Source of the DNA: Nannocystis bainbridge
GTDB lineage: Bacteria; Myxococcota_A; Polyangia; Nannocystales; Nannocystaceae
Direction: 5' to 3'
Assembly (NCBI RefSeq): GCF_028368995.1
Contig: NZ_JAQNDL010000001.1
Span: forward strand, 4,128,001-4,192,000
Length of the DNA stretch: 64,000 nucleotides
Shown here: one piece after another, positions 9,531 to 21,977 of the stretch
Numbering within the stretch: position 1 is the stretch's first letter
How the letters are laid out: every line of letters starts with the position of its first letter
Notes under the pieces: generated by a model
What the model was told of the DNA's origin: nothing
The model's input: the letters and a program-made list of their open reading frames with translations, nothing else
Databases searched by the model: none
Translations under genes and position numbers: made by a program

Positions 9531-10454
9531 ATGTCCGCCCGGGAACTCATCGCCCTCGGCACCGCCAGCCAGGTGCCCACGCGCTATCGCAACCACAACG
9601 GCTACCTGCTGCGCTGGGACGACCACGGCCTGCTGTTCGACCCCGGCGAGGGCACGCAACGGCAGATGATCTACGCCGGGGTGACGACCGCCGCGATCAC
9701 GCGGATCTGCGTGACCCACTTCCACGGCGACCACTGCCTCGGGCTGGCCGGTATCTCCCAGCGCATCTCGCTCGACCGGGTCCAGCACGAGGTCACCGTG
9801 CACTACCCCGCCTCGGGTCAGGTCTTCTTCGATCGCCTGCGCCACGCCTCGATCTTCCACGACGTCGCCCACATCACCGCGCGACCGATCCGCGGCCCCG
9901 GCACGATCTACGAGGACGCCGACCTCACCCTCTCGACCCTGCCGCTCGACCACGGCGTCGAGGCCTTCGGCTACCGCCTCGAGGAGAAGGCCAAGCGGAC
10001 CATGCTGCCCGACCGACTGGCCGCCGCCGGCGTGCGCGGGCCGATGGTCCGCCGGCTGATGCTCGAGGGCTCGCTCGAGCTCGACGGCCGCACCATCCAC
10101 CTCGACGACGTCAGCCTGCCGAAGCCGGGCCAGGTGTTCGCGTTCGTGATGGACACCCGCAAGTGCGCCAACGCGGTGGCGCTGGCCCGCGGCGCCGACA
10201 TGTTGGTGTGCGAGTCGACCTATCTCCACTGCGACGCCGACCTCGCCCACGACCACGGCCACATGACCGCCGTCGAGGCCGCGACGATCGCCCGCGACGC
10301 CGGCGTCCGCCGCCTGGTCCTCACCCACTTCTCGCAGCGCTACCAGGACACCGAGGCCTTCGTCGCCGAGGCCCGCGCGATCCACCCCGACGTGATCGCC
10401 GCCCGCGACTGCGACATCATCCCGGTGCCGAAGCGCCGCGAAGCCGGCGCCTGA
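9531..10454 (+). CDS. rnz: Ribonuclease Z
   Basis: LGTASQVPT..RN, LFDPGEGTQRQ, THFHGDH, HGH.T...A and LTHFSQRY motifs. Confidence 0.92.
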   Translation: MSARELIALGTASQVPTRYRNHNGYLLRWDDHGLLFDPGEGTQRQMIYAGVTTAAITRICVTHFHGDHCLGLAGISQRISLDRVQHEVTVHYPASGQVFFDRLRHASIFHDVAHITARPIRGPGTIYEDADLTLSTLPLDHGVEAFGYRLEEKAKRTMLPDRLAAAGVRGPMVRRLMLEGSLELDGRTIHLDDVSLPKPGQVFAFVMDTRKCANAVALARGADMLVCESTYLHCDADLAHDHGHMTAVEAATIARDAGVRRLVLTHFSQRYQDTEAFVAEARAIHPDVIAARDCDIIPVPKRREAGA

Positions 10455-10681
10455 GGCCCTGCGCGCCGCGATCGCGGCAGCTCTCGAACAGACGGCGCCG
10501 CGCCTCGGAGCCAACGCCCCGCGAACTGCGGTCGCGGCCTCTCTGCGAGAGCCGATCCGGTGCCGAAGTTCCTGTTGTTCACGGTCCCTCGACTTCGAGG
10601 CCCTTTCTACCCACTACCTCGCGCGGAGGTCGCCGCCGTGTTGCGAAGCGGCAGAGGACTCCGAGGCGGAGCGAAAGGACA

Positions 10682-10737
10682 TGCTCGTAAGAACATGCCC
10701 CTTCGAGCATGCCCTTTCGAGCATGCCCTTTCGGCCA
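10682..10737. repeat. Four tandem 14-bp units next to the kinase stop codon
   Basis: tgctcgtaagaaca|tgccccttcgagca|tgccctttcgagca|tgccctttcggcca. Confidence 0.85.
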
Positions 10738-10739
10738 GC

Positions 10740-13325
10740 CTACCCGCCGAGCTTCGTCTTGACCTTGGCGATGCGCTGGGCCGCCTTGGCGTCGCCGAGC
10801 TCCTGGGCCTTCTCGTACTGCAGCAGCGCGTCGCGGTAGCGGAGCGCGTTGTAGTAGGCGTCGCCGAGCTTGAGCCGGTACGACCCGTTGTTCGGGGCCA
10901 CCGCGACCGCCTTCTCGGCGAAGCGCTGGGCCTTGTCGGCCGAGCCGCGGTCGAAGTAGATGTCCGACAGACCGATCAACGCCTCGGCGTTGCGGCGGTC
11001 GTAGCTGATCGCCTGGTTGAACAGCGACTCGGCCTCGTCGCGGCGGCCGGACGCCAGCGCCGCCTTGCCCTGGCCGGCGATCTCGGTCGCCTTGGCCGGG
11101 TCGCGCTTGACCGGCGCGTCGGCCAGCTCGTCGTCGCCCGGGTCCTCCTGCTCGCTCTTCTTCTTGCCGCCGCCCCTGCTCGACTTCGACGGCTTGCCGG
11201 TCGGCTCCGGCGTCGGCTCGACCGCATCGGGCTCGACGATCTCCGGCGGCGGGTCGTCCTGCTTCGTCGGCTCCGGCTCGGGCTCCTTCGTCGGCGGCGC
11301 CGCCTCGGGCTCGACCGCCACGCCGGCCCCACGCGCGACCTCGAGGAGCGCGGTCTGGGCCGACAGCGGCGCCTCCGTGCGCGCCTTGGCGACCGCCTTC
11401 TTGATGTTGGCCGCGCGCTTGTCCTCGTCGGGCTGGATCAGCGCCACCGCGAGCTCGCCGGTCGCCTTCTCGCCCGGGCTCAGCGTGCCGGCCTCGGCGC
11501 GCTTGACGTAGTCGTCGATCTCCGCCTGCGAGCGGGCCGCGCGGGTCAGCGCTCGCTCGCTCTTGGGGTCGAAGGCCAGCGCCCACGCGTAGTAGTCGCG
11601 CGACAGCGGCCGCGTGCCCTCGGTGTCCCAGAATTTGTCGCCGATCGTCAGCAGCTGGTTCGAGAACTCCTTGCGCAGCTCCTCGCCGCGCTCGTCCGCC
11701 ATGCGCTCGCCGCTGCCCTCGACCGACTCGAGCTCCTTGACCTTGAGCAGCGCCGTCGGCCCGCCTTCCTCCGGCAGGTTGACGTAGTGGCCGATGCTCG
11801 CGGCCTGCCGCGCGACGCGGCTGAGCGACTCGATCTGCTCCTGCTCCTCCGGCGTCACCTCCGGCGCGCCCATCAGCATCAGCGCCACCGCGGTGATCAC
11901 CGCCGCGCCCACGGCCGCGGCCACCGGCAGCAGCCACTTCCGCTGCGCTCCCTCCTCCGCCTGCGAGCCGGGCATGCGCGCCAGCAGGGCCGCGCGCCGC
12001 TCGGGCTCGATCTCCGGCAGCGGCAGGTCGTCCCACTCGGTCGTGATGCGGGCCGCGATCTGCGCCTCGCAGAGCGCCGCCTCGAGCTCGGCCATGTCGG
12101 CGTAGCGGTCGCTCGGCGACTTGGCCAGGCAGCGCATCACCACGTCCTCGAGCGCCTTCGGGATGTTGCGGTCCGGCTTGACCTGGCTCGGCAGCGGCGG
12201 CGTGACCTTGATGTGCGACAGCAACACCTCGGCGAGGTTGTCGTCGACGAACGGCGGGTGGCCGACGAGCAGCTCGTACATCACGCAGCCGATCGCGTAC
12301 ATGTCGAGGCGGCCGTCGAAGTCGGTGTTGTTGATCTGCTCCGGCGGCATGTAGGCCGGCGTGCCGGCGATCGGTCCGGCGCCGCGGTCGGCCGTCAGCA
12401 TCGCCGACACCCCGAAGTCGACGATCTTCGCCATGTCGCGGCGGCCGTCGTGGGTGATGAGGATGATGTTCTCGGGCTTGATGTCGCGGTGGACGATGCC
12501 GGCCTTGTGGGCCAGGCCGAGGCCCTTGCACACCTGGCGCAGCACGGCGATGAGGCGGCCGAACTCGAGCTCGGGGTCGACCAGGCTGGCGAGGTCGATG
12601 CCGTTCAGCAGCTCCATGCAGAAGAACAGGCGCCCGTCGGGCAGCTCGCCGAAGTCGAAGATCTCGACGATGTTCTTCGAGCCGGCGCGGGTCGCCGCGC
12701 GCGCCTCGTCGCGGAACACCTGGGCCGTGTCGCTGCGGAGGCTGAGCTCGGCGCGGAGGATCTTCAGCGCGACCCGTCGCTCGATGTCGATGTGCTCGGC
12801 TTCATAAACCACGCCCATGCCGCCCTCGCCGAGCCAGCGCAGCAGCTTGTAGCGGGTGCCCGGGATCGGCTTGCCCGCCGTGAGTTTCACCGGCGTGCGC
12901 AGCTCGAGGTGGGTATCGGCGTTCGCGATCGCGGGCGCCGTGAACTCGCCGGTATCGCGCTTTTGGCCCGTCACCGCGCGGATGTCGGGCATCGTGTGGT
13001 CGGATACCGGGCGCTCCGCCGCAGCAGGCGTGGCCGCTGCGCCGAACAGCTGCCCTGGTCTGGCGACGATCGTGCGCTTGTCGTCCGCGACCCGCTTGTC
13101 GTCCGGACGGGTGAGGTCCCGGACGTCGCGCATGGTGTCCTCGTCGTCCGCCTTGGCGGGGACTTTCACCGGCGGTGCGGGTCTCGCCGCGACCGGCGGC
13201 GGCGGCGAGGAGGCCGGAGCCGCGCGAGTGGCCGCCTGGACCGACGCCGGCAAGCCGATGCCGAAGACCGTGCGCCCCTTGTCGTCGCTCTGACCGCGTC
13301 CCTTGTCTGCGCCCTCGTCCGCCAT
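10740..13325 (-). CDS. Membrane Ser/Thr protein kinase with C-terminal TPR domain
   Basis: LGEGGMGVVY, VALK, HRDIKPEN, DFG and GTPAYMPPEQ motifs, then a TM helix and TPRs. Confidence 0.92.
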   Translation of the reverse strand: MADEGADKGRGQSDDKGRTVFGIGLPASVQAATRAAPASSPPPPVAARPAPPVKVPAKADDEDTMRDVRDLTRPDDKRVADDKRTIVARPGQLFGAAATPAAAERPVSDHTMPDIRAVTGQKRDTGEFTAPAIANADTHLELRTPVKLTAGKPIPGTRYKLLRWLGEGGMGVVYEAEHIDIERRVALKILRAELSLRSDTAQVFRDEARAATRAGSKNIVEIFDFGELPDGRLFFCMELLNGIDLASLVDPELEFGRLIAVLRQVCKGLGLAHKAGIVHRDIKPENIILITHDGRRDMAKIVDFGVSAMLTADRGAGPIAGTPAYMPPEQINNTDFDGRLDMYAIGCVMYELLVGHPPFVDDNLAEVLLSHIKVTPPLPSQVKPDRNIPKALEDVVMRCLAKSPSDRYADMAELEAALCEAQIAARITTEWDDLPLPEIEPERRAALLARMPGSQAEEGAQRKWLLPVAAAVGAAVITAVALMLMGAPEVTPEEQEQIESLSRVARQAASIGHYVNLPEEGGPTALLKVKELESVEGSGERMADERGEELRKEFSNQLLTIGDKFWDTEGTRPLSRDYYAWALAFDPKSERALTRAARSQAEIDDYVKRAEAGTLSPGEKATGELAVALIQPDEDKRAANIKKAVAKARTEAPLSAQTALLEVARGAGVAVEPEAAPPTKEPEPEPTKQDDPPPEIVEPDAVEPTPEPTGKPSKSSRGGGKKKSEQEDPGDDELADAPVKRDPAKATEIAGQGKAALASGRRDEAESLFNQAISYDRRNAEALIGLSDIYFDRGSADKAQRFAEKAVAVAPNNGSYRLKLGDAYYNALRYRDALLQYEKAQELGDAKAAQRIAKVKTKLGG

Positions 13326-13489
13326 AAGGAGAAGAACCTCGTCCGCGATTATAAATGGAAAGCGCGCGCCGAGATCGTCGGCGCGCACCGACCTCGGGCG
13401 CGCGACGAGCGGCGGGGCAGTACCGCGCAAAAGGTGGTAGCCTCGGCGCCTCCATGAGCGCCAAGACCCGCGGCACACCCGCTGTACCG

Positions 13490-14818
<1,329 letters not shown>

Positions 14819-14844
14819 CGATCGCCGCGCCAGGAACCTGTCCG

Positions 14845-16575
<1,731 letters not shown>

Positions 16576-16577
16576 CC

Positions 16578-17252
16578 ATGCCCGTGAAGAACTTCGTCCT
16601 CGACGCCCGCCTCACTCCGCCGGTGCTCCGCGCCCGGCTCGCTGCCGGGCCTGACGGTCGCCAGCGCTTGCTCGCGCCCGGCGTCGGCATGTTCCGCGGC
16701 GCGCCGGACCCGGGCATGCTCGTCGGTCCCGATCAACCGATCGGCATCCTCGAGATCCTCGGCGTCGTGCATCACGTGCTCGCCCCCGCCGGCGCCAGCG
16801 GCCTCGTCGTCGCCGCCGAAGAGGCGCCTCGCGGGCTCGCTCCTGCGCGCAGGCCGGTCGGCTTCGACGACCTCCTCCTCACCCTCGACCCGAGCGCCAC
16901 GCGGAGCGAGAGCGCCGCCAATCAGGCCGGTCCGGCCGCCGGTGCCGCTGTCAGCGGTGCCGCCGTCCTGCGCGCGCCGACCAGCGGTCGTTTCTATGTC
17001 CGCTCGGGCCCCGGCAAGCCCGCCTTTGTCAGCGTCGGCGCCGTCCTCGAGCCCGGCCAGACCGTCGGTCTCATCGAGGTCATGAAGACCTTCAGCCGCG
17101 TCCTCTACGGCGGCGACCAGTTACCCGCCCGCGCGCGCGTCGTCCGGGTGTGCCAGGCCGACGAGTCGGACGTCGCCCAGGGCGACCCGCTCCTCGAGGT
17201 CGAGCCCGCCGACGCTGCGGGCGACCCAAATACGAAACCCCACCTGGCATAG
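16578..17252 (+). CDS. Biotin carboxyl carrier protein with two biotinyl-like domains
   Basis: C-terminal [16 protein letters not shown]....[13 protein letters not shown] carries the biotin Lys. The N-terminal copy has ILEILG at the equivalent position. Confidence 0.82.
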   Translation: MPVKNFVLDARLTPPVLRARLAAGPDGRQRLLAPGVGMFRGAPDPGMLVGPDQPIGILEILGVVHHVLAPAGASGLVVAAEEAPRGLAPARRPVGFDDLLLTLDPSATRSESAANQAGPAAGAAVSGAAVLRAPTSGRFYVRSGPGKPAFVSVGAVLEPGQTVGLIEVMKTFSRVLYGGDQLPARARVVRVCQADESDVAQGDPLLEVEPADAAGDPNTKPHLA

Positions 17253-17424
17253 CGATATCAGGTGGGGATCGACTTCGATAGCGTTGAGGGGGGACGGCCT
17301 CAGTTGGCGACGGGCCCGCTGACTGCGGACCAGCGAACCCGCGTGATCATGAAGTGCACGTCTCACCGATTTGGATGAGGGGCCCATGCGATTTTTTTCT
17401 GACCCGCCGCTGAAGGGGTAATTC

Positions 17425-18579
17425 GTGGAAGAACGAGCGGAAGACAGGCGCGAGAAGGTCCGCTGGCTGATCCTCCTGAGCGGAGTCGCGCTCGCCTTTT
17501 ACCTCTGCTGGTTGATGCTGCAGCCCTTCGTCCGGGTGCTGCTTTGGGGCCTCGTCCTCACCTCGGCGTTCGGCCCGGTGCACAAGAAGATCCGCGCGCG
17601 GATCAAGAACGAGGACGTCGCCGCCATCGTGTCGTGCTTCGCCGTCATGTTGACGATCGGCGTGCCCACCGCGCTCATCGGCTTCGCCCTCGTCCGCGAG
17701 CTCGCCCCGGCCTTTGAGACCTTGAAGGCCATGATCTCGAGCTTGCTCGATCCGGACTCGCCCGTGATCGGCAAGCTCGCCCAGTGGCTGTCGGAGCGCG
17801 GCGTCGACATCGCGGCCGTGAAGCAGCAGGCGATCGGGCAGGCGCAGGCCGCCATGGGCGAGGTGACCACCAACTCGATCGGCTACGTGGGCGGCATCCT
17901 CGGCGGGATCGCCGGCGTCATCATCGAGGCCTTCTTCGTCTTCTTCACCATGTTCTATCTGTTCCGCGACGGGGCCAAGCTATGGGCGGCCCTCGCCAAC
18001 GCGCTGCCGCTGCGCGGGCGGACCATGAATCAGATGATCGTGCGCGTCCGCGAGGTCATCAGCGCCAGCGTCTACGGCGTGTTCGTGATCGCCTTGCTGC
18101 AGGGCACGCTCGGCGGCCTCGCGTTCTGGGTCATCGGCCTGCCCTCCGCCGTCGTGTGGGGGCTGGTGATGGTCTTCATGTCGCTGATCCCGCTGGCGGG
18201 CGCGTTCGTGGTGTGGGTCCCGGCGGCGATCTACCTCGCGGCGATCGGCTCATGGGGCGCCGCGATCGGCCTGACGCTGTGGGGCACGGTGGTGATCGGC
18301 CTCGTCGACAACTTCTTGCGGCCGAAGTTGGTCGGCGAGAAGGCCAAGCTGCACGAGCTCTTCATCTTCTTCGCCGTGCTCGGCGGGCTGCAGTTGTTCG
18401 GGATCGTCGGCCTGTTCCTCGGGCCAGTGATCCTCGCCATCGCGCTGGCGCTGTTCGACGCCTTCCTGCACCCGGAGGCGTCGCTCAAGACCGGGACCGG
18501 TCGGCCGACGATCCCGCCGCCGGACCTGCCGCCGCCGCCGGTGGTCCTTCCGCCGGTGCTCCCGCCGCCGGGCGTGTGA
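17425..18579 (+). CDS. AI-2E (PerM/YdiK) family transporter
   Basis: Multi-TM; FYLFRDG, QG.LGG..F, IP..G...VW.P, DNFLRP.L.G and GGL..FG..G.FLGP motifs. Confidence 0.9.
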   Translation: MEERAEDRREKVRWLILLSGVALAFYLCWLMLQPFVRVLLWGLVLTSAFGPVHKKIRARIKNEDVAAIVSCFAVMLTIGVPTALIGFALVRELAPAFETLKAMISSLLDPDSPVIGKLAQWLSERGVDIAAVKQQAIGQAQAAMGEVTTNSIGYVGGILGGIAGVIIEAFFVFFTMFYLFRDGAKLWAALANALPLRGRTMNQMIVRVREVISASVYGVFVIALLQGTLGGLAFWVIGLPSAVVWGLVMVFMSLIPLAGAFVVWVPAAIYLAAIGSWGAAIGLTLWGTVVIGLVDNFLRPKLVGEKAKLHELFIFFAVLGGLQLFGIVGLFLGPVILAIALALFDAFLHPEASLKTGTGRPTIPPPDLPPPPVVLPPVLPPPGV

Positions 18580-18812
18580 CACTGACCGACCGCGGCGAAG
18601 GCTTAAAAAATATCGACCGGCCACGGCGCATCTGGACCAGAACCCTGGACACCGAGGCCCAGGTGCGCCGTGACCGGTCGAGGACACAGACCGATGACTC
18701 GATCAATGAGCGTCGGCTCGGGTCCTGACGGATCACGGATTTTTACCGGGCCTCGCGGATGGAATCGCGCGCCCGCGACGTAACGTGCACGTCGCGAGGC
18801 TGTCACCTTCGG

Positions 18813-18977
18813 TCAGCCCATCAGGGCCAGGCGGATCACCGCGCTGATCACGCCGCCGGCGACGAACAGGCAGCAGAGGTCACTTCGGAGCCGGCGCAGC
18901 CGCGCCAGGGCGAGCGGGCCCTGGGGGGAGATTTCTTCGAACAGCATCGGGAAATCTCGGTCGCGCGTAACATCCAT
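18813..18977 (-). CDS. Possible small membrane protein
   Basis: 54-aa ORF ending in a hydrophobic helix, in an otherwise empty intergenic gap. Confidence 0.35.
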   Translation of the reverse strand: MDVTRDRDFPMLFEEISPQGPLALARLRRLRSDLCCLFVAGGVISAVIRLALMG

Positions 18978-19101
18978 GACTCCAAGTTGTAACAGAACGA
19001 AGGGTCGTCGCAAGATCTGTTAGCGCGCGCAACGCGCGCGGAACTGCTCCGACCCTTGTAGAAGCAACGAGCGGCGGCGCCAGCGAGTCGCGGACGCCCG
19101 C

Positions 19102-19689
19102 TCAATCGAGGTCGTCGTCGTCGTCGTCGTCGAGGTCACCGAGCCGGGACAGCACGTCGTCGTCGGGCGGCGGCCCCGAGCCGGGCGCCAGCGACGGCTC
19201 GGTCGGGCTCTCCTCCTCCACGTCGACCTCGTCGTCGATCGCGTCGAGGTCGGCGCTGAGGCGTCGGCTGATCTCCAGCTCCGAGGGCTCGGTCTCTTCG
19301 GACATGTCCTTTAAATCATCCTCGGTGTCGCTGGCAGGTTCCTCCTCCGAGTCGGAGCTGCCCGACGACGCCTCGGCCGTCGCCGCCGTCCCGCCGCTCG
19401 ACCCCGTGCCGCTCGGAGCCGCGGCCGCCGGCGCCGCGACCTGCGTCGTCCGCTTGCTCGCGGTCTTCTTCGCCGCGGTCTTCTTCGCCGCGGTCTTCTT
19501 CGCCGCGGTCTTCTTCACCGCGGTCTTCTTCGCCGCCGGCTTCTTCGCAGCCGGCTTCTTCGCGGCGGCCTTCTTCGCCGTCGTCTTCTTCGCCACGGCC
19601 TTCTTCGCTGCCTTCTTTGGCGCGGCCTTCTTGGCGATCTTCTTGCTCGCGGTCTTCTTCGTTGCCTTCTTCCGATATGACGTAGCCAT
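19102..19689 (-). CDS. Histone H1-like basic protein with a long acidic C-terminal half
   Basis: KKTAA/KKPAA repeats followed by an Asp/Glu-rich tail ending DDDDDDLD; GAGGAG RBS. Confidence 0.8.
   Translation of the reverse strand: MATSYRKKATKKTASKKIAKKAAPKKAAKKAVAKKTTAKKAAAKKPAAKKPAAKKTAVKKTAAKKTAAKKTAAKKTASKRTTQVAAPAAAAPSGTGSSGGTAATAEASSGSSDSEEEPASDTEDDLKDMSEETEPSELEISRRLSADLDAIDDEVDVEEESPTEPSLAPGSGPPPDDDVLSRLGDLDDDDDDDLD
19459..19620. repeat. Coding 15-bp tandem repeat (KK[T/P]AA)
   Basis: cgcggtcttcttcgc-type units repeated. Confidence 0.75.
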
Positions 19690-19973
19690 CGCTCCTCCTC
19701 CCCAGAGCTCCCTCGACCTCGAGGCAGCTTTCTGTGACCGCAGCAGTTTGCCACGGAGCGCGGGGCTCTTGTCGATCTGGCTCAGAGCATGCGGCGTCGC
19801 TCGACGCGCGCGCCGTCGCTCCCGCGGGGCGTCGCTCGTCGATCGGACGTCACCCTCGCTCGCCGCGGCTCCTCTTCGCGGGCATGACCGCGGGTGCAGC
19901 CGTACGCCGTAACCCGGCGGCTCGTTCGCGGCGCCGCGACGGCCTGACGCCGTTCAGCGGCGGGGCGGCGGGC

Positions 19974-21293
19974 TCACACGGTCCAGGGGTAGACCCCGGA
20001 GCGCGTGGAGCCCTCTTCCATGGGCTCTTCTTCGCCTTCCATGCTGGTGGCGGCGGCTTCGACCTCGCCAGGCGGCTCGAGGTCGGCCTCGGCGAGGCGC
20101 ACGGGCAGGCGCACGGTGAACGTCGTGCCGCGTCCGAGCGCGCTCTCGACCTCGACGTCGCCGCGCATCAGCTGGCAGAAGTTGCGGCTGATGGCGAGGC
20201 CGAGGCCGGTGCCGCCGTAGCGGCGGGTCGTCGCCGCGCTGCCCTGCGCGAACTCCTGGAAGATGCGCTTGATCTGGCTCGGCGACATGCCGATGCCGGA
20301 GTCGGACACCGTGAACACGAGCTGCTCGCCGTGGTCGGTGGCCCGGCGGTGGGCGGCCAGCGCGACCTCGCCGCTGCTGGTGAACTTGGCGGCGTTGCTG
20401 AGCAGGTTGAGCAGGACCTGGCGGACCTTGACGCGGTCGAGGCGGACCGGGCCGAGGGCCTCCTCGCAGCGGGACACGAAGGTGTTGCGGTTCTTCTCGA
20501 TGAGCGGACGCGCGGTCATCGACACCTCGTCGATGACCTCCGCGAGGTCGAAGTCCTCGAGGAAGAGCTCCATCTTGCCGGCCTCGATCTTCGACAGATC
20601 GAGCATGTTGTTGATCAGCGACAGGAGGTGCTTGGAGGCCGCCTGGATCTTCTGCATGTCGGGGATGAAGCTCCCCGCCTGGACGACATCGTTGAACTCG
20701 TCCTCGAGCAGCTCGCTGTAGCCGATGATGGCCGTCAGCGGGGTGCGCAGCTCGTGGCTCATATGGGCGATGAAGGCGCTCTTGGCCCGCGAGGCGTCGA
20801 GCGCCTCCTCGTTGGAGCGGGCCAGCCGCTGGGCCCGACGCTCGAGTGTGTTGCGCTCGAGCTCGAGCCGCTCGGTGTGGGCCGTCTCGAGCGCGAGCGC
20901 CAGGTGGTCGGCGATCGCCAGCAAGATGTCGACGTCGTCCTGCGTGAACGGCCCGCGGGTGAGCGGCCGGACCAGGTAGATGACGCCGAAGAAGCGATGG
21001 CCGAGCAGCAGCGGCGCGGCCAGCATGTGCCGCGCCGGCAGCGGGCTGCCGTCGAGCTGCTCCGCGCCGGCGGGGTCGCCGGAGGTCGCAAACGGCTCGC
21101 GGCTGAGGCGGACCCGCTCGAGCACGGCCCCGCTCGCCAGCGCCAGGTCGGCCTCCTTGCCCTCGGCGTCGCGCGCCGACTTGAGGTGCAGCCGCTCGGT
21201 GCTCTCCGAGTAGAAGTACAGATAGGCCGCGTCGGCTCCGACGATCCGTACGATCTCGGGCAACGCGAGCGGCGTGGGCGACTTCCGCATCAT
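19974..21293 (-). CDS. GAF-domain sensor histidine kinase (no adjacent response regulator)
   Basis: MSHELRTPL H-box, NLLSNAAKFT N-box, DSGIGM and GGTGLGL; N-terminal GAF-like region. Confidence 0.92.
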   Translation of the reverse strand: MMRKSPTPLALPEIVRIVGADAAYLYFYSESTERLHLKSARDAEGKEADLALASGAVLERVRLSREPFATSGDPAGAEQLDGSPLPARHMLAAPLLLGHRFFGVIYLVRPLTRGPFTQDDVDILLAIADHLALALETAHTERLELERNTLERRAQRLARSNEEALDASRAKSAFIAHMSHELRTPLTAIIGYSELLEDEFNDVVQAGSFIPDMQKIQAASKHLLSLINNMLDLSKIEAGKMELFLEDFDLAEVIDEVSMTARPLIEKNRNTFVSRCEEALGPVRLDRVKVRQVLLNLLSNAAKFTSSGEVALAAHRRATDHGEQLVFTVSDSGIGMSPSQIKRIFQEFAQGSAATTRRYGGTGLGLAISRNFCQLMRGDVEVESALGRGTTFTVRLPVRLAEADLEPPGEVEAAATSMEGEEEPMEEGSTRSGVYPWTV

Positions 21294-21552
21294 GACTCGA
21301 AGGGCTAGGAAGACGACGCGGGGCTCCGAGCGCGTCCTGTGGCTAGAAAGGCAGCCTAGACCATCGGCGCGGGCGTATCAACTGTTCGACGGGCGCAGCC
21401 GGTCGGGCCCGCCGGATCGCCCTCGTTCGCGCAGATCCGCCCGCGTTCGAGCGCTGCACGGCCTCGTCCTCGATCAACCGCGTTCACCACCAACGCGACG
21501 TCACGCCGTCACATGGCCCATGCGCCATGCGAAAAAACGGCGGCGACCGACG

Positions 21553-21837
21553 CTACGTGTAGCGGAGCGCGCAGCGGGTCTCTTCACCGTCGACCCTGAA
21601 GACGAGCCGACAGTCGGGCCGCTCGCGCTCGCAGATCGTGCCGCCGATCGCCGCGGGTCGACCCTCGGGGTCCATGACGGTCTGCACCTCAATGCTGACG
21701 CCGAAGGTCTGCTCGAGCGATCGCACCCACGTCATGTAGTCGTGCGAACAGTTGGGATCGCGCGTCAACAAGGCGCTGCTGCGCTGCGCGATCAGGTTGA
21801 CCAGATGCGTGTAACGGCGAGGGTTGTTAGCGATCAC
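21553..21837 (-). CDS. Small hypothetical protein
   Basis: 94-aa ORF with globular composition and a GGAG upstream of the GTG start. Confidence 0.6.
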   Translation of the reverse strand: MIANNPRRYTHLVNLIAQRSSALLTRDPNCSHDYMTWVRSLEQTFGVSIEVQTVMDPEGRPAAIGGTICERERPDCRLVFRVDGEETRCALRYT

Positions 21838-21977
21838 GACACCGAACTCCAGGTGTTCCGCCAGGGGGGGACGAAAATCTTACTATGGGCCGGAAGGCGC
21901 GATCCATCCATCGCGCCAGGTCGAGGCCGAGAATCGGTGTATCCCAGATCGCAAAATTCGGCGCGGCGCGCCGACCG

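Noticed and set aside
10455-10681. Long intergenic regions (also 17253-17424, 18580-18812, 43222-43471) as possible ncRNA or riboswitch
   Set aside because: I could not recognise any tRNA, riboswitch or known ncRNA consensus by eye. An Rfam/Infernal scan would be needed.
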